This document shows positions 61,455 through 64,000 of a stretch of 64,000 nucleotides of DNA, in pieces (the first letter of the stretch is position 1; each line of letters starts with the position of its first letter). Under the pieces are notes generated by a model, which had not been told where the DNA came from, did no database searches, and saw only the letters and a program-made list of their open reading frames with translations. Where the stretch lies: assembly GCA_051362555.1 (NCBI GenBank), contig CM120646.1, forward strand, positions 14,632,001 through 14,696,000, written 5' to 3'. This stretch comes from Lingula anatina. Taxonomy: Eukaryota; Animalia; Brachiopoda. A program made the position numbers and the translations under genes.

Positions 61455-63142
61455 CCAGTTTGGGGATTGATAAACCCATCGTCGGGCATCTGCAAGCGCC
61501 CTTATATGCAACTGAGGTTGGGGCTCTTCCTCGAGAGAGGATGCTTTTATTTATTTTTTTTTTCACATTTTTTTACATTTTTTCACATTTCCGCTCCCTG
61601 TTCCAAAATCATTACACTGTACAAGTTGGAAAATTTAGGATTGATAGACCTTTAAGTGAGTATAGGAATGAATTTAGTTTGGTTATCATCCATAATCCGG
61701 ATACGGCCAGGAACATGCATTTAAATACCTATGGAAGTAGGAGCCCAGGGGATGGTTGGTGATTGGATTTTGTTTTGCACGTAAATTAAAAAAAAACATA
61801 TTGTATTGTAATAGATGCTGTAACGATACTTACATGCAGTGATGGTGTAATGATGTAATTTTGCTGTAGTACATGTATACTGAAGTACTGGTGTAACGAG
61901 TGGATACAATAAATATTTACCCGCAAAAATAACTTGCTAATTATACTAGGAAAACAAGAAAAACAACGTCTTTCATTAAATATTTTGCCATAGCAAGTAA
62001 ATTTACGTGGATATCTATCACCTTTTGGGTATCTTTGGCTTTGGTATATACTGATGATCTACATGCAGTGTGAAAGTGGAGACTATGGAATGCTCTACCT
62101 GCAAAGACAACTTTAAAAATGAAAAAAAAAAGCATATAATAAGTTGCAACAGTTACAAAGTTTACAAAGTTTACATTGGTACCGACCACTTTTTTCTCAT
62201 GTATGTTATTTGCACTGAAGTCCACGTATAGGGGATATAGGCTTTGAACGCACTTCATCTGTGAAAAACAGTGAAAAAATATGCAAAAAAAGGGAATTGA
62301 ACATAAGTTCAAATCACCATAGCAACAAAAATAAAATGGGCACCCATCAATTTTCAATCTTAATATGGATATAAAAGTCGCATGTTAAAATTTAAGAATA
62401 TTTTATTAGACAGAAATCTCATAAGGACATTAACTTAAGCCACCTATGCACTGCCAATCAAATTGTCTCGATGCTTTTATGTCATTTTCGATTTTATTAT
62501 TGAACATTTTTAACTGAGGGTCTCTCTCCGTTAATAGACCGCTCCCTCCAATTTTGTTATGACATAAATAGTTGATCGTAATGAAACACACCACTGCAGG
62601 AGGCACAATGTGATACTTAATAGAATGTAAAAAATCTTTATGCTATAATTATGCACCAACAAAGCGTCAAAGCGAGTTCGAAAACTTGTTTACATGATGA
62701 CCCAAATCCAATATGAACTGAATTAATAAAGACTTGGAAAATAAAAAATAAGATATTTTTATAACGGCAATCAAGAAATAATTTTAAAGACAATGGTAAG
62801 AAAGCGCCATTTGATTTCGTTCTAAAGTGCACCACCCTGAGTGTCAGGGCACTGTAAACCTACCTTGCTCACTATACCTTTTCATGTGTTAGCTTTACAG
62901 TACACTCTGTATTGCTGATGTGGGTTATATATGAAATTAAGCTCGAGCTGGCAATACCGAAATCTAGAACCTAGGGTAAAGTGCACAAGCGTCACTCCAA
63001 TTATTTGCATGTGATGAGACACTTACGGTCAACACGATAACTCGCGAGGCACCGCTGTACAATCGCTTTCATAGCCTCGACCCTTGTCATCTTGCCCATG
63101 CACCACAGACTGAGCCTTTGTATGTTTGGTGAGGCCTAGAGA

Positions 63143-63334
63143 GCACTCACAACAGAGTAGATCCGCGGACTAACAGATCCGTGGATCAAATATGGCCGAC
63201 CTACTTGAAAGCTAGCCGTGTAATCCCCGCGGGTAATCTATTCAGTGTGGAGATTATGCGGCTAGCTTTCAAGTGGGTCGGCCATATTTGATCCTCGGAT
63301 CTGATAGTCCTGGGATCAACTCTGTTGTGAATGC
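63143..63334. mobile_element. Foldback/MITE-like palindromic element, family B
   Basis: Almost wholly self-complementary: ggatcaaatatggccgacctacttgaaagctagccg / cggctagctttcaagtgggtcggccatatttgatcc. Termini gcactcacaacagagt / actctgttgtgaatgc. Confidence 0.8.
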
Positions 63335-64000
63335 GGCCCTCGCCAGCTGGGGCCCTTCTGGTATGATATGCATGCATGGTAAGTATTATAGAGAAGTGTA
63401 GATCACAGGATTTAAGTACAAGGGTCGTAGATAAGAGGTACGATGAAATACTGTAAACACGGCTTCAGTGTACGGTCAATACGGTAGAGCCTCTTGAACA
63501 CGACGCAGACATAGAATGAGGGCTTGGTAGCTGATTTTCAACTGCTAAGCTAAAACCTTGGTGAATTGTAAACGTCAAACGTCAGGAAATAAAAAAACAT
63601 CATGCCAAATGTTGTAAATACATGTAAATGCAATAAATTTAGAAGTTTGAAAAAAATCTTAGTAACAGAACAATAACAAGGAGGGGTCAGCACATGGTAC
63701 GTACTTTGCTGATTATGGATCTTGCAACGAGAAATTAATAAAATCAATGTCAAAATTGAAATCACAGTTATCAAGTGAAGATTTTCATATTTTTCAACGT
63801 AATACCATTTGTTTAAAATCAAAATGACAGATAAAGAACCCTGACTATAAATTAGGCACTCTCTTATCACCCCGTGTATAGACGGTGGGATAAGTCAACC
63901 TGAATGACCTCATTTTAGTGCGCCTCAGTCGACATTTTGGTTACAAGGTGAGACCACATAGACAGAACTATGAGTAAACTGGTGGGCAAGTGGAAATTCG

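Overview
AT-rich, intron-containing animal DNA. It is invertebrate-like, and a marine deuterostome such as an echinoderm is plausible but not provable from this window. The left third holds a tandem array of at least three multi-pass membrane GT2 glycosyltransferase genes. They carry the processive-synthase signature (DxD, xD, QxRRW) but do not match chitin synthase, hyaluronan synthase or egghead motifs. Copy 2 has lost its 5' end to a transposon-associated rearrangement, and copy 3 carries a Tc1 element in intron 2. The middle holds a 4-exon NDUFA4/COXFA4-like gene (minus strand, not recoverable from the ORF track alone) head-to-head with a 22-coding-exon PHF14 gene. The PHF14 last exon adds a 543-aa lysine-rich, S/T-P-x-K-rich tail. 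The right end holds a 3.9-kb P-like TIR element and an intronless orphan class A GPCR. Degraded mobile elements are interspersed: Tc1, Sola2-like, hAT-like, BEL/Pao, L2/CR1, foldback MITEs and HINE-like tandem units. Exon structures were derived by hand from GT/GC-AG sites and reading-frame continuity. No database searches were run.
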